DNA from: Trichoplax sp. H2
Lineage: Eukaryota
NCBI GenBank assembly: GCA_003344405.1
Contig: NOWV01000119.1
Span: 124,001 to 188,000, forward strand
Reading direction: 5' to 3'
DNA: 64,000 bases
Below the pieces are notes generated by a model. That model did not search any database, was not told the DNA's origin, and saw nothing but the letters and a program-made list of their open reading frames with translations. The position numbers and the translations under genes are program-made. Each line of letters begins with the position of its first letter. Position 1 is the stretch's first letter. Below, in pieces: positions 1 through 13,995 of the stretch.

Positions 1-2039
1 CTAAATGCCATTCTACAATCAGAGAAAACTTATTACATTATTTTCTTTCAAGTTTGAAGTGATATTTTCAGCGGATACTTAACTTAACTGACTACGGTTT
101 CATATAGCGTTCATATTAACGCATTATGCCGTAGAATATGCGCTAAATGAGTGATCCAACATCACTTTATCTATGCCATCTAGAGGTTTGCTTGGTATGC
201 TTTCCTTTAAATAGTCAATATAAATTTATTGCTTAACTGTATTATCATGTTCATGTGTAACGTCTCATTAATTATTGAGGATAACCGTATTCTTGCTATT
301 ATTGAAAAATTTAATTCTTTTGCTATCGTTATTTGCAGTAGAACGTGTGAACGGTATTTTAAATTGAAATTTGAGTGGTTGCAATTTAGCATTTAAATTT
401 AAAGCATAGAGGATGATTCGATGTTGTTATCACTTGTATAATTATACTATTCAATTATAATAACTTTTAACAAATATCTATGGTAGTTTATTCGCTATCC
501 TGGAATATTTGACTTTTTTATCTCATATATTTAGCCTATCATACATAAAATTAAGGTAGAATCAGTATATAAGCTATGATTCAATTGAGAGAGAGCTATG
601 ACCATAGTATTTGAAATCAGGAATAGAGTTGCTGATTCGATATAAGTTTTGACGTTGCCAGTAGTATTATAATGCCTTTTAAAGTCTATAAGTACCTGTA
701 AAGTTAATATACCAAGTTATTACTGTTAGCATAGAATTACCATTTAAAATAATAGTTACATTAGAACAACGTCCATCGTCAATAGCAAATATATTTCTTA
801 ATATTATTGATAGTAATAATGAAGTACTAAAAATACAGTATAAGGTCATTATTGCCAATCTAATTGTATTTCCTTCTATTTCTGAAAGTCTTAACTGTCT
901 CGATGCATAATATTTTATTATAACCATGATTACCGTAGCAAAAGTAACCATGAAAATAATGTGCAAATTATAGGATATGGCACAATTGTGTTTTATCCTT
1001 GCTAACAATTAGCACTATAGCCCATAAAAGATTAGGCCATAATGATTTCCATTCGCCATAAACAAATGTTATATTGATTATCTTATTTAACTTTAAGAAA
1101 TAAAAAATTTTTGATCAAACTTTCTTACAACATAATCCATTTCATTACGGACTCTATACATGAAATACTTTAGCCACTCGGTAAACAAATATGTTAATTA
1201 GAAATCTTAGTGTGCTATTCGTACTACAGCCGTCTTAAGCCAATTAACACAAAATTTCTGAAGAGAGATACGTATATCAAAAGTTACAGTCACTACAGAA
1301 TCTCTACCATTGCCTACTTTAATTAAATGCTAACTATCGTACAAGAAATAGATTACTCTTCATTTACGGATAACTGTGTTTTAATTACAAATTTCATATG
1401 GAAACTATTTTGCTTTAATTTACTTTGCAATGAACTCATGGGCAAAGTTACTTTATTTCCCCTTTCTTTAGGCCTAATTATCTATTTGTATCTTAATTTT
1501 TTATTTTTATCAGATATTTTTCTAACCTGTATTACGACAATGTGATTAATAAATGTTTTCTTCCCAACTTACTTCATTCTTTTACAATTTTCAACGTTCC
1601 TATCCAGTTTAGCAGAAGTTAATTGATTTTAGTTGTTCAAGGACTGCAGAAAATTGTTTTTAAATGAATAAAAGTAATTCGAATAGTTTCGTTAACCACA
1701 GAATTGTATTTGCTGATATGCTGCTCAGGCACTTACGTTGCTGAGAATTATACTTGCAAAAATATCAAAGTCAAGCAAAATATGCTTATATTATACACAA
1801 AAGTTTAGGTTAAATAGAAATTCTTTTTATTACTTGAGCAAATGCTTTAATTAATTCATCCGAAACTAGAAATTAGGTGCTCATAAGATAGGATTTGCAT
1901 TTCAAATAAGATGCTAAATAGAAACTAAAAATAGCAGATACCAATATGAAATACATATTACCTAATCTGCTGATCTGGTCGAAGCTCTAAAATACAAAAA
2001 TATGCTGAATAAACATAATTTTACGTTATGGTTTAAAAA

Positions 2040-3225
2040 TATTTTATAAATTTACTTTATAGTGGATGAGAGGAAGCAATCTGTATTAAACTGTATAATC
2101 AAGGAAGATAAATTGTACTTTGGTGTAGAAAGATAAGTTACGTTCTATAATAAAGTTCCACTTTACTGCCGACGGAAGGAAGAAATTTGCAGTTAGTTAT
2201 AAATTGGTAAACACAGTTTTACCTTGCGGTACGATACAAATTATGTTTGAAAGTAAAATTTCACTTTATACTTCATTGAGTCAATACAACGAAAGAAATC
2301 TGCTTCACATTTATACTGCACAGTTAGTGATCATAATATTTTAGAGTATATTTCACCCTTGGAGTAGATGGAAGAATCTGCAAAACAATATATGACTATG
2401 TTGCATAATATACATATGTCACGGTACGAACTACCGTGAAGAAATAGCTATCTAAATTTGGTTAATATAATATAGTGATATTATATTAAAACTAGTTACT
2501 TGCTATAAGAATTACTCTAATTATAAATGTGTTACAGTATATTTAATGCTGTGCTGTAATGTGCACTGAAATGATTCTGTGAATGGACATATTGTAGTCC
2601 GACTGTGAAAAACTAGTTATCTCACCTAAGTATTTTTATAAGATGGCTTGTGAATGTTAGCTGCTGTAGAAGGGTATATAAGCCCGTCAGATAGTTGAAT
2701 AAAGCAGTTCTCAATTGTCTAGTTGAGTTTAACGTAGAATCAAAGGCGTCTAAATTCTTGTGAGATAGTTAAGGGGATACTGAATTCCGGAAGACTATAG
2801 TAATTTAGAGATTTATTTTAAGTTATCCTTGTCACGAAGCTGGTTTGTGACAACATAATATGACTTTGAAGTATAAAGGCAAAATCAATACAGCATGCAA
2901 AGCAATATAGTTTAACTTTACAGTCAATAAGATTAATTATGCTTGAAAGTAAAATTTTGATTTTACACTTCATTGGGTCAAGACAAGGAAGCAATCTCCT
3001 TTATATTTATACTAAACAATCAATGAAAATATAATGATAATTTTTCAATGTTTGAAAGTACCTCATACTTCAAAGTATATTTTATCCTCTGAGTGGATGA
3101 AAGTATCTGCAAAGCAATGATGAGTTATGATAACTTAAAGCATATTTAATATAACTTTAAATTGAGAAAGTAAAATCAATATAGCATGGAAAGCAATATT
3201 TTACTCTACAGTCTATGCGAGAAAT
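2040..3225. repeat. Old diverged tandem/segmental duplication
   Basis: The block TTGAAAGTAAAATTT..ACTTCATTG.GTCAA.ACAA...AGTATATTT..CC...GAGT.GATG.AAG.ATCTGCAAA occurs at ~2247-2385 and ~2943-3115. AAAATCAATA.AGCATG.AAAGCAATAT..ACAGTC occurs at ~2881 and ~3172. Confidence 0.7.
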
Positions 3226-5679
3226 GGAGACTGTAATGTTAAATAATCAATTCTCTTAGTCTAAGGATATAAGGTAAATATTAACGGAATCAATATTGTA
3301 TGTCGACGTCCAGAAAGGAATACTCGGTAATGGCTTGATAGATAGATATTTCATAAATTACCGCAATTAATGGTATAGTTATCTATTATTACTCTGGTTA
3401 AGGTTGAAATCTAACAGATTTCGTTCATCTTAAGGAAGTAAATAGAAGGAATAGAAATTAAAAACATAACTGAACTGAACGTTTCCTTTCCTACAGTGTT
3501 AACTCTCTAATTGAACGGATTATAATCATTATTACCAAACTCAATAGAAAGGCTTTTTATTAATAGTAGTAGTTGTAATATCATGATCAGTAGGCTTCGG
3601 AAAACTTGTTTTATTGCAGAACAGCGTACGTCCATAAAGTAGATAATTTATATCGAAAATTTTTCTTGAATTCTTGTTAATATTTGTAGAGTTATAGATG
3701 TCTTGTTTTAATGTATAATGATAGGCAATGGACTGCCAGGTCTTTATGAGCTTTCTAATGGTTCTGTAGAACTAACTGCACTTATATGATTGAAGAAGTT
3801 CTACAAGGATGTTAATTAATGGTTACTCTACTCGAACTTCCTTCGAAGTTGTAGATCCACTTTATAGTTTATTAAACTTTGATGCCGGACTATGAATCAT
3901 CATCATTTTATGTAACAGACTAGAAAAGAGCATACTTTATTGTAGACTGGCTGTCTTTTCTCACTTAGGCTCAATAAAAATCCTACTCTACAATTTTATA
4001 TACATTTTTACATGCTTGACATATTTAGGATAGGAAATAGGATTAATCGGTAAGATTTTGGAAGTATTTATGCGTATTTTTCGCTGTGTACTGACTCCCA
4101 TCATCTCTAACTTGTTGGCTATGCTTGATGACTTTTAAGTTCCATTGCCTAGTCGATCCTCTTATCAAGGAGAAGATTGTTGGGCTAGCTAATCGCTAAG
4201 ACTCTTCTTGATTTAAACATAGCAAGCAGTGAAAGATTATTCCTTTGGTATGCTAATAATCAGTCAATCTTGTCTTACTCATAGCTAATGACAAGATATA
4301 AACCATCCTCATTGAAGAGGTAAGCCATTTGTTCACAAAAGTAAATAGAATCTTTACAATAACAGAACATCTGGTATGAGTAAATAGAAAGTTAGTGCTC
4401 TTGCATAATACCTTTCATACCTGGTAAAAAATTCTTCATAGATTGGTAAATATTATTTTTAGACATTATATGCCACCTTAACTATACCGTAGTATATAGC
4501 ATGTAACGGATGATGTTTGGAATAATTATCAGCCTATCATAACAGCAAAAAAATACACATAATAAAAGATATAATATTCTTGATTGCTGTCAGTGTTATA
4601 AAAAACTCTGTAAGGCTAAAGCGTGGAAAAACGTGATGATTGAATTGAATTGAGTAGGCAGAGTAGAACAGAACAGACACAGCGAATAACTTAACGAAAA
4701 CACGGGTAAGTCGCAGAACTAACTAACAAAAATAAATGATTGAGAATTGTTTTAGATTATAGAATACATAGTAGAAGAGAGTGATATAGAAACGAGAAAG
4801 AAAAAGCAGGTAGTGTACTATCATGTGCTACTCTCTAATCTACGCTCTACGATCAAAGAACTTCATATGAATGGGAATATAGGAATATTATCCGAGCTTG
4901 ATCACACTGATTTCATCAACATCTTATAACATGAACTGATAATGCAATTATTCACTATTAAATGCAGGATTAAAAATCGCAGCTATGAATATTTTTATAT
5001 ACTCTTAGCGACTGTCAATCTCATAAATAGATTCAAACTATATATATGGAAAATCACCTAGGAAATCAAGTTATTCTCGTTAACACTGTTCCTAGCTTAG
5101 AGCTCATAACACAAGTAAGTATGCAAACAAGTTATCCTACATTATTCTACCTTTTTCTACTTCTCGTGGCTGAAAACACCGCTTTGAGGTCTTAATATGA
5201 AATATACAATTATATCCTCAGTATGAAGCATACTAAGAATAGTTTCTACTAAATTTAGCGATAATAAGGTACATAGCCAACTACATATAAGTATCTAAAT
5301 ATGCTCAATGCGAGGACAAACCTCTACTTTATTACATTTTAATTGCTGAGCTAAAAGGTATAAGCTTTACGATACCAACACTATCGCAACAGTATTCTAT
5401 CTTTTAAGCTGTAAATGCTGCTCATTTCCACCCTAGAACTCAATAAATATTATGGTGGTAACGCTAACAACTCTAATGCTATCGTTCTTCTAAAGGCCTG
5501 CTTGTAGCTCCACATGTACTTATCGTTGAGTTCTAAGATTTATAATCTATAATCAAGAATCCATTTCTTCTAAGTAATTTATGTTAACCTGTGTGTGGCA
5601 ACTATTTCCTGTTGAGTGTCGACTCATTAAACCCTCTATTACTTTCTCACTTCCCATTGCTAATTGAGGATGGCGGCTG

Positions 5680-6350
5680 CTATATCTGTATTCAGTTTTC
5701 TGATAGATCTATCCATCTTCTTAGCAGGGATAATAATTTCATTGGTGCCTTTATTTACGTTTTTTCTTGCTCTTGACTTTTATTTTAAGACGTGGACTAT
5801 CGCAATGTTTACCGACATAGAGAGAAATAACATAGTATAATTATTTTATTACACTTATTTCTAACTGAGGGTGGTGACTCTTATGTCTGCGCGATTCTCA
5901 GTTGGATCTATCCATCTTTTCGGCAGTGATAACAGTTTCAGTAGTGCCTTTCTTTACGTTTCTTTCTTGCTCCTTTCTCTCAATTAAGATGAACACTACT
6001 CAACTTAAACAATGGTAGAGAGAAATAATTGAACATAATTATTTTATTACATACACCACTAATAGTAGGAACATTACATATTCAAATGCTATAAAGCGAT
6101 AAAGTAACATCTAATCGCAAATATTATACGCAATTTAAGATACGTACTACATAATTATTAACCTTTGCTGAAAGTGGTTTACCGTCGTAGACAGAAATAA
6201 TAGAACATAATTCTTCATTACACACATCACAGATAGTAGGAAAACTACATTTTCTTATGCTTTATAGCGATAATATAACATCTACAAGCAAATGTCATAC
6301 CCAATTTAAGGTACTCACTACACAGGCATTTAAACTTTACTGAAAGTTAT
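5680..6350. repeat. Two overlapping diverged tandem duplications (~200 bp and ~170 bp units)
   Basis: GATCTATCCATCTT...GTGCCTTT.TTTACGTTT.TT occurs at ~5706 and ~5905. AGAAATAA..GAACATAATT...ATAGTAGGAA...CAATTTAAG...CTGAAAGT occurs at ~6021 and ~6193. Confidence 0.8.
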
Positions 6351-6567
6351 CTGTAACATGTTACAAATTAGTTAAAATTGAAAAGAATTTAATATACGTT
6401 AACTACAATTTTGCGAGAAGATCATGAAAATAAGTTCCATGTATTCTTTAATTTCTCTTTTATAACAATATCAGTAATATAGTGATAATAGTAGATACTG
6501 AAGGGCTATCATCAGCGATTTGAAGATTATTTTCACCAGCCTAAAAGGACTTGGATATCTGGCATTA

Positions 6568-6861
6568 CTACTTCATTTGCTGCATACGAGTTTGGTAGAA
6601 CTGCCAATGGCGTAATCGATTGAGTAAAACATCATTTTCAGCTGATAACTTAGCAATTTCAGTTTCTAGTTCTATTAGATAGGCAGCCAGAAACTCTTCT
6701 TTTATCTTAATGGTATTTTGCTCCCACATTGAAGTGAAACAAGGCTCATCGTCAATGGCATCATCGCTAATTTTATGATCGGTTGAATTGATGCTTGCTT
6801 TAGGGGATAACTGCGATAGTGGTTGTAAGATTTTCTTAACTGGTTTTTCGATAGGCATCAT
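6568..6861 (-). CDS. 97-aa coiled-coil microprotein, geminin-like or leucine-zipper-like
   Basis: ATG-initiated ORF ending in tandem stops TAG TAA, in otherwise stop-rich DNA. It has the heptad pattern L-ETEIAK-L-SAENDV-L with Asn at the 'a' position. Confidence 0.5.
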   Translation of the reverse strand: MMPIEKPVKKILQPLSQLSPKASINSTDHKISDDAIDDEPCFTSMWEQNTIKIKEEFLAAYLIELETEIAKLSAENDVLLNRLRHWQFYQTRMQQMK

Positions 6862-7864
6862 CGCAAATTTAGAATAATCGATCTAGATCAAAACAATTTC
6901 ATTTCAAGTTAGCTGATCAATAGATTCAAGATATGACGTAAAAAATATGAAATTTAATAAATTAAATTATTTTCATTGAAATGAAACAACTAATAATAAG
7001 GACAACTAGTACCATTGAAGATAGCCATAAGGTTTAGAAATGAAAACCATGAAAGGTTTCAATAAAAATTTAAAATATTATTTTAATTTGACTAGAGGCT
7101 ATTACTTTATGAAAATCATGCAATAATCATTAAAAATATACTATAATGTCGTTTGCGAAATAAGATTTTATGCCAAGACTTTTAAGGAAATAGTAACTGA
7201 TAACTAAACATTTATTCCAATGCTTCCCTACATACCTTCTTTTTTATGGATGGCAATCTCGCTGATGTATTTTGATTCAAAGTAGCAAAATTACTTTGTG
7301 GTAATCCATTGGATTCCATCCATACTGGATTAGTGTTCGGTATCACAGATAGATTATGATTAGTGGTCATCATTTTTCGTCACTTACTTGGATTCTTAGT
7401 TCAATTGGCTTATAATATCATACGGAAAGTAAATTTCTTAAGATAGAGGGGATTGTGATTACGCTTAGATCCAGTTTGCAAGGTTGGTCGTTAAATTAGA
7501 TAACCCTGTCTACTTGGAATCGATTAAGGCACTAAGTTAAAGCATCGCATCTATGCCACAATTAACTTATCAGCGATTGTTCAGGAAGAGGAATCGAAAA
7601 GTTTAATGGTTAAGTAAATGTTGATTTCTATTTATATACGTACGTTGCCCGGTACTACCGCATGTTTATTCTCATTTAATGCAGCTACAGCGGAAATAAA
7701 ACTACTGTACATCAGGAAAGAAAGTAATTCCTGTCAACGCAATGCTATCTTAATTTATAGGTAACATCATAGATTGCTTGAAGAAACTGTTGGAAAATTT
7801 CTTTCCGGTGATTCAAGTCTTTGAATATCGGTACCTTACTTATTCATAACGGCTCAATCAATAA

Positions 7865-8345
7865 GGATATAAAATTTAAACTGCGTCAAATGTATGTGTT
7901 AAGCCAGAAATAGTATCAATTTGAGCTATGTTATATCTACATTTTGAATGAGAAATAACATACGAGTTCAACTGCATTAATAAAAATATTCGACCGGAAA
8001 TAAGAAATTTAAACTGCGTCAAATCTGATTATCCCACCACGGGTAGCATAGAATATTAAACTGAGTCATATTTGTACATATTACTAGAAATAGTATACAC
8101 TCTTATATCTAAGTATTTTATCAGAAATATCATTTAAAAGTAAAGCTGCCTAATCGAAATATTCAATTATAATAGCACAAGAAATTAAACAGCGTTAAAT
8201 TTATCAGGAATGGCATACATTCGTATATTGTTAAGCTGCATCCAATTTAAATATTCTGTCAGAAATATCATTCCAAATTAAAGCTGCGTAATCAAAATAT
8301 TCAATTATTAATAGTATCAAAATTTAAAATACATTAAATTGAAAT
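7865..8345. repeat. Diverged tandem repeat, ~135-175 bp units
   Basis: AAATTTAAACTGCGTCAAAT or a variant recurs at ~7872, 8005, 8182 and 8320. TCAGAAATATCATT..AAAGCTGC.TAATC.AAATATTCAATTAT occurs at ~8121 and ~8259. Confidence 0.7.
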
Positions 8346-10859
8346 ATTAGCTAGAAATGAGGACTTCCTGCATGAATATCTAACGATCCTCATTGTAAAT
8401 CGGCAAAAATAATTTTACTAAATATTCTTTCTTTCTTTATTTGTTGATTGAATTACTTTATTCATGATTGCAATTGTGGTTTCGTATTGATTCTACCCAA
8501 TATATCTGTATTGCAGCATTCTTATAGCGGCAATTCAATACCGTATTTGTACGCAATAAAATAATCATTGATTGATTTATATTTTACATAAAAAACAAAT
8601 TCGACAACAGATACTTTTGAAGGTATAAGACAAACTCTCATTTGGCATTAAAAGCTAAGAGTAGGGGCCAAAAATTGCAATTAGATAACGATCTTGAATA
8701 CATTTGCACCACGATATGCAACATTTAATTTTTTAATTGACAGTTATTAGAACAAGTCGAAAATTAAATGTTGATTAATTGGATAGTAGCCTTTGGTGAA
8801 TATGGATAGACTCAGAGAATATGTTTATCTACGCTACTGTTTGCTTCCATTGACACAAAAAATAGAAATTTTGTGTCTTGAGAATCATCCAGGAAATGCT
8901 TTACTCTTTCTCAACAAATATCTTCGATAAAGTACCATATAAATTGGCTGTAATGAAAGGCTTTAGACTTTGGAAGCATGAGTTCTATGTAGATACCGAA
9001 TAAGATGTTCTTATTCATACAAAAATTTGTGTCATTTTAGTTGAAATTATTGTTTTTACATTCATTTGAGCTTTACGAGATTTTACGGATGCAAAATTGT
9101 CATCAACTGTATATATTAAAAGATCCCATAGCAGTCAAATAGAATTACAATTATTTGATAGCCACCCATACTTGTTAACTACATGGACAGGTGCTGTATG
9201 TATCCTAAGCATAAATGAAGTTCCATGAGATAGTTATTCGCATAATAATCTTCTCTTTCCATTATTCAATTTTTAAAATTTAAATGATAGTAGTTGAAGT
9301 ATTAATATCAAGACTAGGATTTACAGACGATTAAAGGTGACATAGCAGGTAATCTATAGAAAACAAATAAGCGATTATAATAGACTTAGGTTTTACTTTG
9401 TAAGTAATAGAAACGACATGAATTCATTGATTTCGCTATTGATTAATTAAATTCCAATCTGCAGCTTCTCATCTATTAGTAGATTCAACTCAGTAATTAC
9501 CAAACAACATCATTATTATAGTGTAAAGAAGCTAGGATGTTTTCATCAACTTAGAGATATATAATATTATCACCACTGTCTAAGTGGCATAAACTATCTA
9601 CAACTGCCCTCGTAGATATACTCAAAAGATCAGTCGCTAAAAATACAATTTGCTTTAGGTTACGACATTATTTTAGTAGTTCTCACTGGCAGTCTGTAAC
9701 AAAAAAGAAAAAGTAATAGCAAGCAACAATAACTAGCTTTTCTGCTTAGACTTAAAATAAGATAGCATAAAGCAAGTGTACAGCAGACATCCAATCAAAG
9801 GAGGTCAACGCAGCTAAAGCATTACAAACATAACAGATTGTTACTTGGTCAAACCGTATTATTAACTTAAGTACTATAAGATATTATGACAAGTTAAAAT
9901 ATAGCTCATGGTATGATCTAAGCAAGAATTCCTACCTGAACACGTATCTTATTTACTGTCATTTAATATTACTGACAGAATTCATATTATACCAACTTAA
10001 TGACTCATTCGAGATACATATCTTAAATTACAAATATAACGGTAGCCCGTCATTGTCCAACAGACCTTTAATACCAATAAATATAATGCGATGATCAGTA
10101 TGAGAGAACTACTGTAACACAAGCTGAAAATTGAAAACGTAGTTCCGTAACAAATATATATATATGTTAACATATACATATAATCAAAGCTGTCACAGTT
10201 TTACAATACTGCAATATTGCTTGCACTGTAGTCTTTTCAAGTTAATGTAGATTACGAGTATGCAGCTTTGGTTTCCTCCTTCATGTAATCAGAATATCTT
10301 CTTTATCTAAAAACGGTTCTTTAAATCAGAGCTCCATTTGGTGCTAGAAAATAGCGTTTCTTTGTTAACAGTTGCTATGGAAATTAAAACCGAGAAAAAT
10401 TAGAGAATAAATTATAATGTATGTTAGAAATGTATACCGCTACACAAATTGATATCGAATTTATTTCGGTCGTATCAGTCTACAAAGTAATATACTTGTA
10501 TGAATCCTTGATGTTAAACTGATGTTCTATTTTTGTATCAAAGTAGAGATAATGTCGCAATTGTCAATCATCGAAGTACTATTTCCGTACAAAAAACCTT
10601 TCCCATAAGGATCATTATTTAGTCAATCTATTTACTATATGCTGATGACAAAATTTTCAACTTTTACATGAAAGACTAGAAAAGTAAATTGTGATATCCG
10701 ATTTTCAGGATTGAATTTGCATAAGACCGAAGAATAGCTAATCATTATCGGTGCAAATTTCTACATTAGCGTGTAGGGAATTTACAACAATTGCCGATTT
10801 TGGAATTGTAATCTATACATGGCTGAAAACTAACTGAAACTAATTTCTACATGGCGGAT

Positions 10860-11930
10860 GTTTTTGTGTAAAGATTTTACAAGCATCCTATAGGCTTGGA
10901 AAGCAACTGATGAATACATTTGCGATTTCCGCATAAATGGGTAGAAAATTTATTTACAAGTATTTATAGGTATATGATTGAAATGACCGTTAACTAGTCG
11001 CTATTGTATATCTTCAATATCTATAGTATATTACTGGCTAAAAAATCTATTCGACTTCTGATTATTCCAACAGTACTTTATAAATGAAAATTACCAGGGA
11101 AACTATTATAGTTTATACATTAAAGAGCAACCGATGATTGCGTCTTTCAATTTCTGATGAACAGGTAGAAAGTTCTCGCCTTTGTATGTCAGATAAAATG
11201 TCTTATAAGAGGAGTTTATTCTACTCAATTTTTGAAACCTGGGCAACGCTTCTTTTTTCAGCTTCTACACAAACGGTTGAAAAATATGTCGCTACTGTAT
11301 TTTTTATATAAAAGACTTTCAAGTACGGGTATTCTAGTCAATTTATCAAAGAGCAACCGGCGATTGTGTTTTCAGTTTGCTAATAAGCGTGCGGGAAATC
11401 TACTGCTATTACATCTTATATGCAAAGAACCTCTCTAGGGCTATTCCTGTTTATAAATACATTAAAGAATATCGTAGTCGGTGAATGTATAATTTTACTT
11501 TTATAATAAAGGGTGAGAAATCTATCGCAATATTTTTCTGTATATAGACCTTAACAAGTAGAGCTACTTTAGTCAACATTTTATAGACTAATCAGTAATT
11601 GTGCTTCAATTTTACTCTAGTCAACATAATAAAGGCTGGCCGATGATTCTCTTTTCAAGTTCTATATTAACCAGGGAAGAATGAATTGAAATTATATTTT
11701 TGCACCCTAGTCCTTGCGAGTATGTCATTGCTAATTTTCATCTTAAAGAATACCCAAAGATAACTCTTTCTCCATTTTTGTATAGAAAAGATGACAAATC
11801 TATCACTATTATGAATTAGCGTGACAACAAGTATACTTTTATGTACTGCTATAAAACTTTGCATAGACAACTATTGTAGTAGATTCAAAAAGAGTAACCG
11901 ATAATTGTATTTAATGTTAAGGTAATGATT
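10860..11930. repeat. Highly diverged ~110-bp satellite-like array
   Basis: A core like AAAGAGCAACCGATGATTG..T.TT.A.TTT recurs at ~11141, 11348, 11465, 11632 and 11888, with weaker copies between. Confidence 0.55.
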
Positions 11931-12905
11931 TCCAACAAAACATCAAAATAATATTTGATTCAAAATAGTAACCTGATAAACAGTAATTTTCATACTTCAA
12001 GCATTATTTATAACAAATATCCAGTCTTTTGATCAAAATTCTGAGTAACTAATAAAATTGATCAAATTGAAAGATTGCTGAAATCAGGATTTTAAAGATA
12101 TCAAATGCTGAATTAGATAAATAATAGTATTCTGCTGTAGTGAAGCTGTTAGATAAGCTATTGTTGTCAACACATTATGTAGAAGTGAATTAGATATCAC
12201 TTAAAAATAATACCAAAACCTAGGGCAGTTGACAATAATAGGTATATATAAGTAATGTTTGTGATAATTCAAGTATATTGATTTCAGCTTCGTAGAATGT
12301 GATACTAATTATAGGATCTTATTCTCTTACTAAGTTCTGTAAGGATGGAGTTATGTTTTTCGCTATTGTTATTTTTGTAAGCAAGTTAGATAATGTATAT
12401 AAGTAGCTACGCTTTCCTGTCATTGTTGTTCTAAATCCTTCTTTTCTAAGATCTGCTGCTATAGGAAGTTTTCCTTGTCTGCCAGAGTTCTTGTACCATT
12501 ACGCAATATCGCAATCGATAGAGAATCAGTAATAAAATCTATTGTTATAAAATTACTTGTTTGATTTATACTCTTATTACAGTTAGTAGAACAGGTTTTG
12601 TTACAACTGTCCTATGGTATTTGTAGGCTCAAGGTGTTACAAAGAGTAGCCGATGGCTATATTTAATATTAAGATAATTAATCCCAATGAAATATATCAC
12701 ACAATATTTGATTCGTAATAGCAATCATATATATATATATACACACCAATCTTCATACTTTAAATATTATTTATAACTAATAAATATCTAGTCTGTCGAT
12801 CAACGGTATAATTAATAAAAGTAATCGAAATTGAAAGATTGCTGAAATAAGGCTTATCAGTAGGCAATAAAATATCGATGCAGATAATAATAATATTCTG
12901 TTGTG
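11888..12905. repeat. ~255-bp dispersed direct duplication (11888-12140 vs 12641-12905)
   Basis: Both copies share AAAGAGTA.CCGAT..TATTTAAT.TTAAG.TAAT, AATATTTGATTC, TTCATACTT, AAATTGAAAGATTGCTGAAAT and TATTCTG.TGT in the same order. Confidence 0.75.
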
Positions 12906-13039
12906 TTATGTTCATATATTCTAGATCCTGGTTTATTAGTATCTGTTGCTCGATAAGATGTGTATATAAAAATACTATAGTAGAATAAAGAATCTGATCT
13001 ATTACTGATAATAATCATTTGTAATTTATAGTAAGTTAA

Positions 13040-13670
13040 TATCAGAAAAATTATTAGCTTCGTAATTTGCCATATAAGATTTATGAATGGATGCTTTATC
13101 CTAGATATTTAATATACAGTACATCAATAACGCGCTATCATTAATATATTGAGCACATATACCAACAACTACTAGTTAAGATAATTGTTTCTAACTCTAA
13201 TATCCGAGAAATAATTAGCTTCATAATTTACTATATAAGATTTATGAATAGATACTCTATCCTAGACGTTTAATTATACATCAATAACACACTATGATCA
13301 ATATGTTGAGCAATAGACTAACAGTTGTTAGTCGAGGTAACTACTTTTATCTGTAACATGCGAGGAATAATTAGCTTTGTAGGTTACTGCAAAAGATTCA
13401 TGAATGGATAATCTATCTTAAATATTTAATTATACATCAATAACATGCTACGATCAATATATTGAGCACGTCAGTAACAACTGCTGATTGAGATAATTCA
13501 TTTAACTTTAACATACGAGTAATGATTAGCTTCGTAATTTACTACAAGAGATTTATGAATGGATGCTCTATCCTAGTAGACATTCAATGATATGTCAATA
13601 GCGCGCTATGGTCAATAATTTGCGTATGTATACTAATAACTGCTAGCTGAGATAGCTACTTCCAACTTGT
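13040..13670. repeat. Four ~157-bp diverged tandem copies
   Basis: ATTAGCTT..TAATTT.C.A.A.AAGATTTATGAAT.GAT..TCTATC.TA starts at ~13053, 13214, 13370 and 13525. Confidence 0.9.
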
Positions 13671-13995
13671 ATTTATAGAAAAGCGATCATTTTTTTTTAA
13701 TTCTTATTAAAGTTGGCTAAATCTTCATTTATTTTTTAAAATTAAAAGAACCCGCTATTTTTCTGCATAATATTTTATCAACGCTAATATTGGAAATAAT
13801 TAAATTATAAGGTAGTTAAAATTAAATAAATCTTTTATAGCAGATTTAGATAGTACAAGGATACTATTGATCACAATGATATCTCTTTCTGTTATTGGTT
13901 ATCGTATGTATTTGATACTATTAGGCGATAGAATAAGACACTTTGTATGACAAGATAGTTACTTATGAAGGGATACAACTAGTGTCTTTATCATT

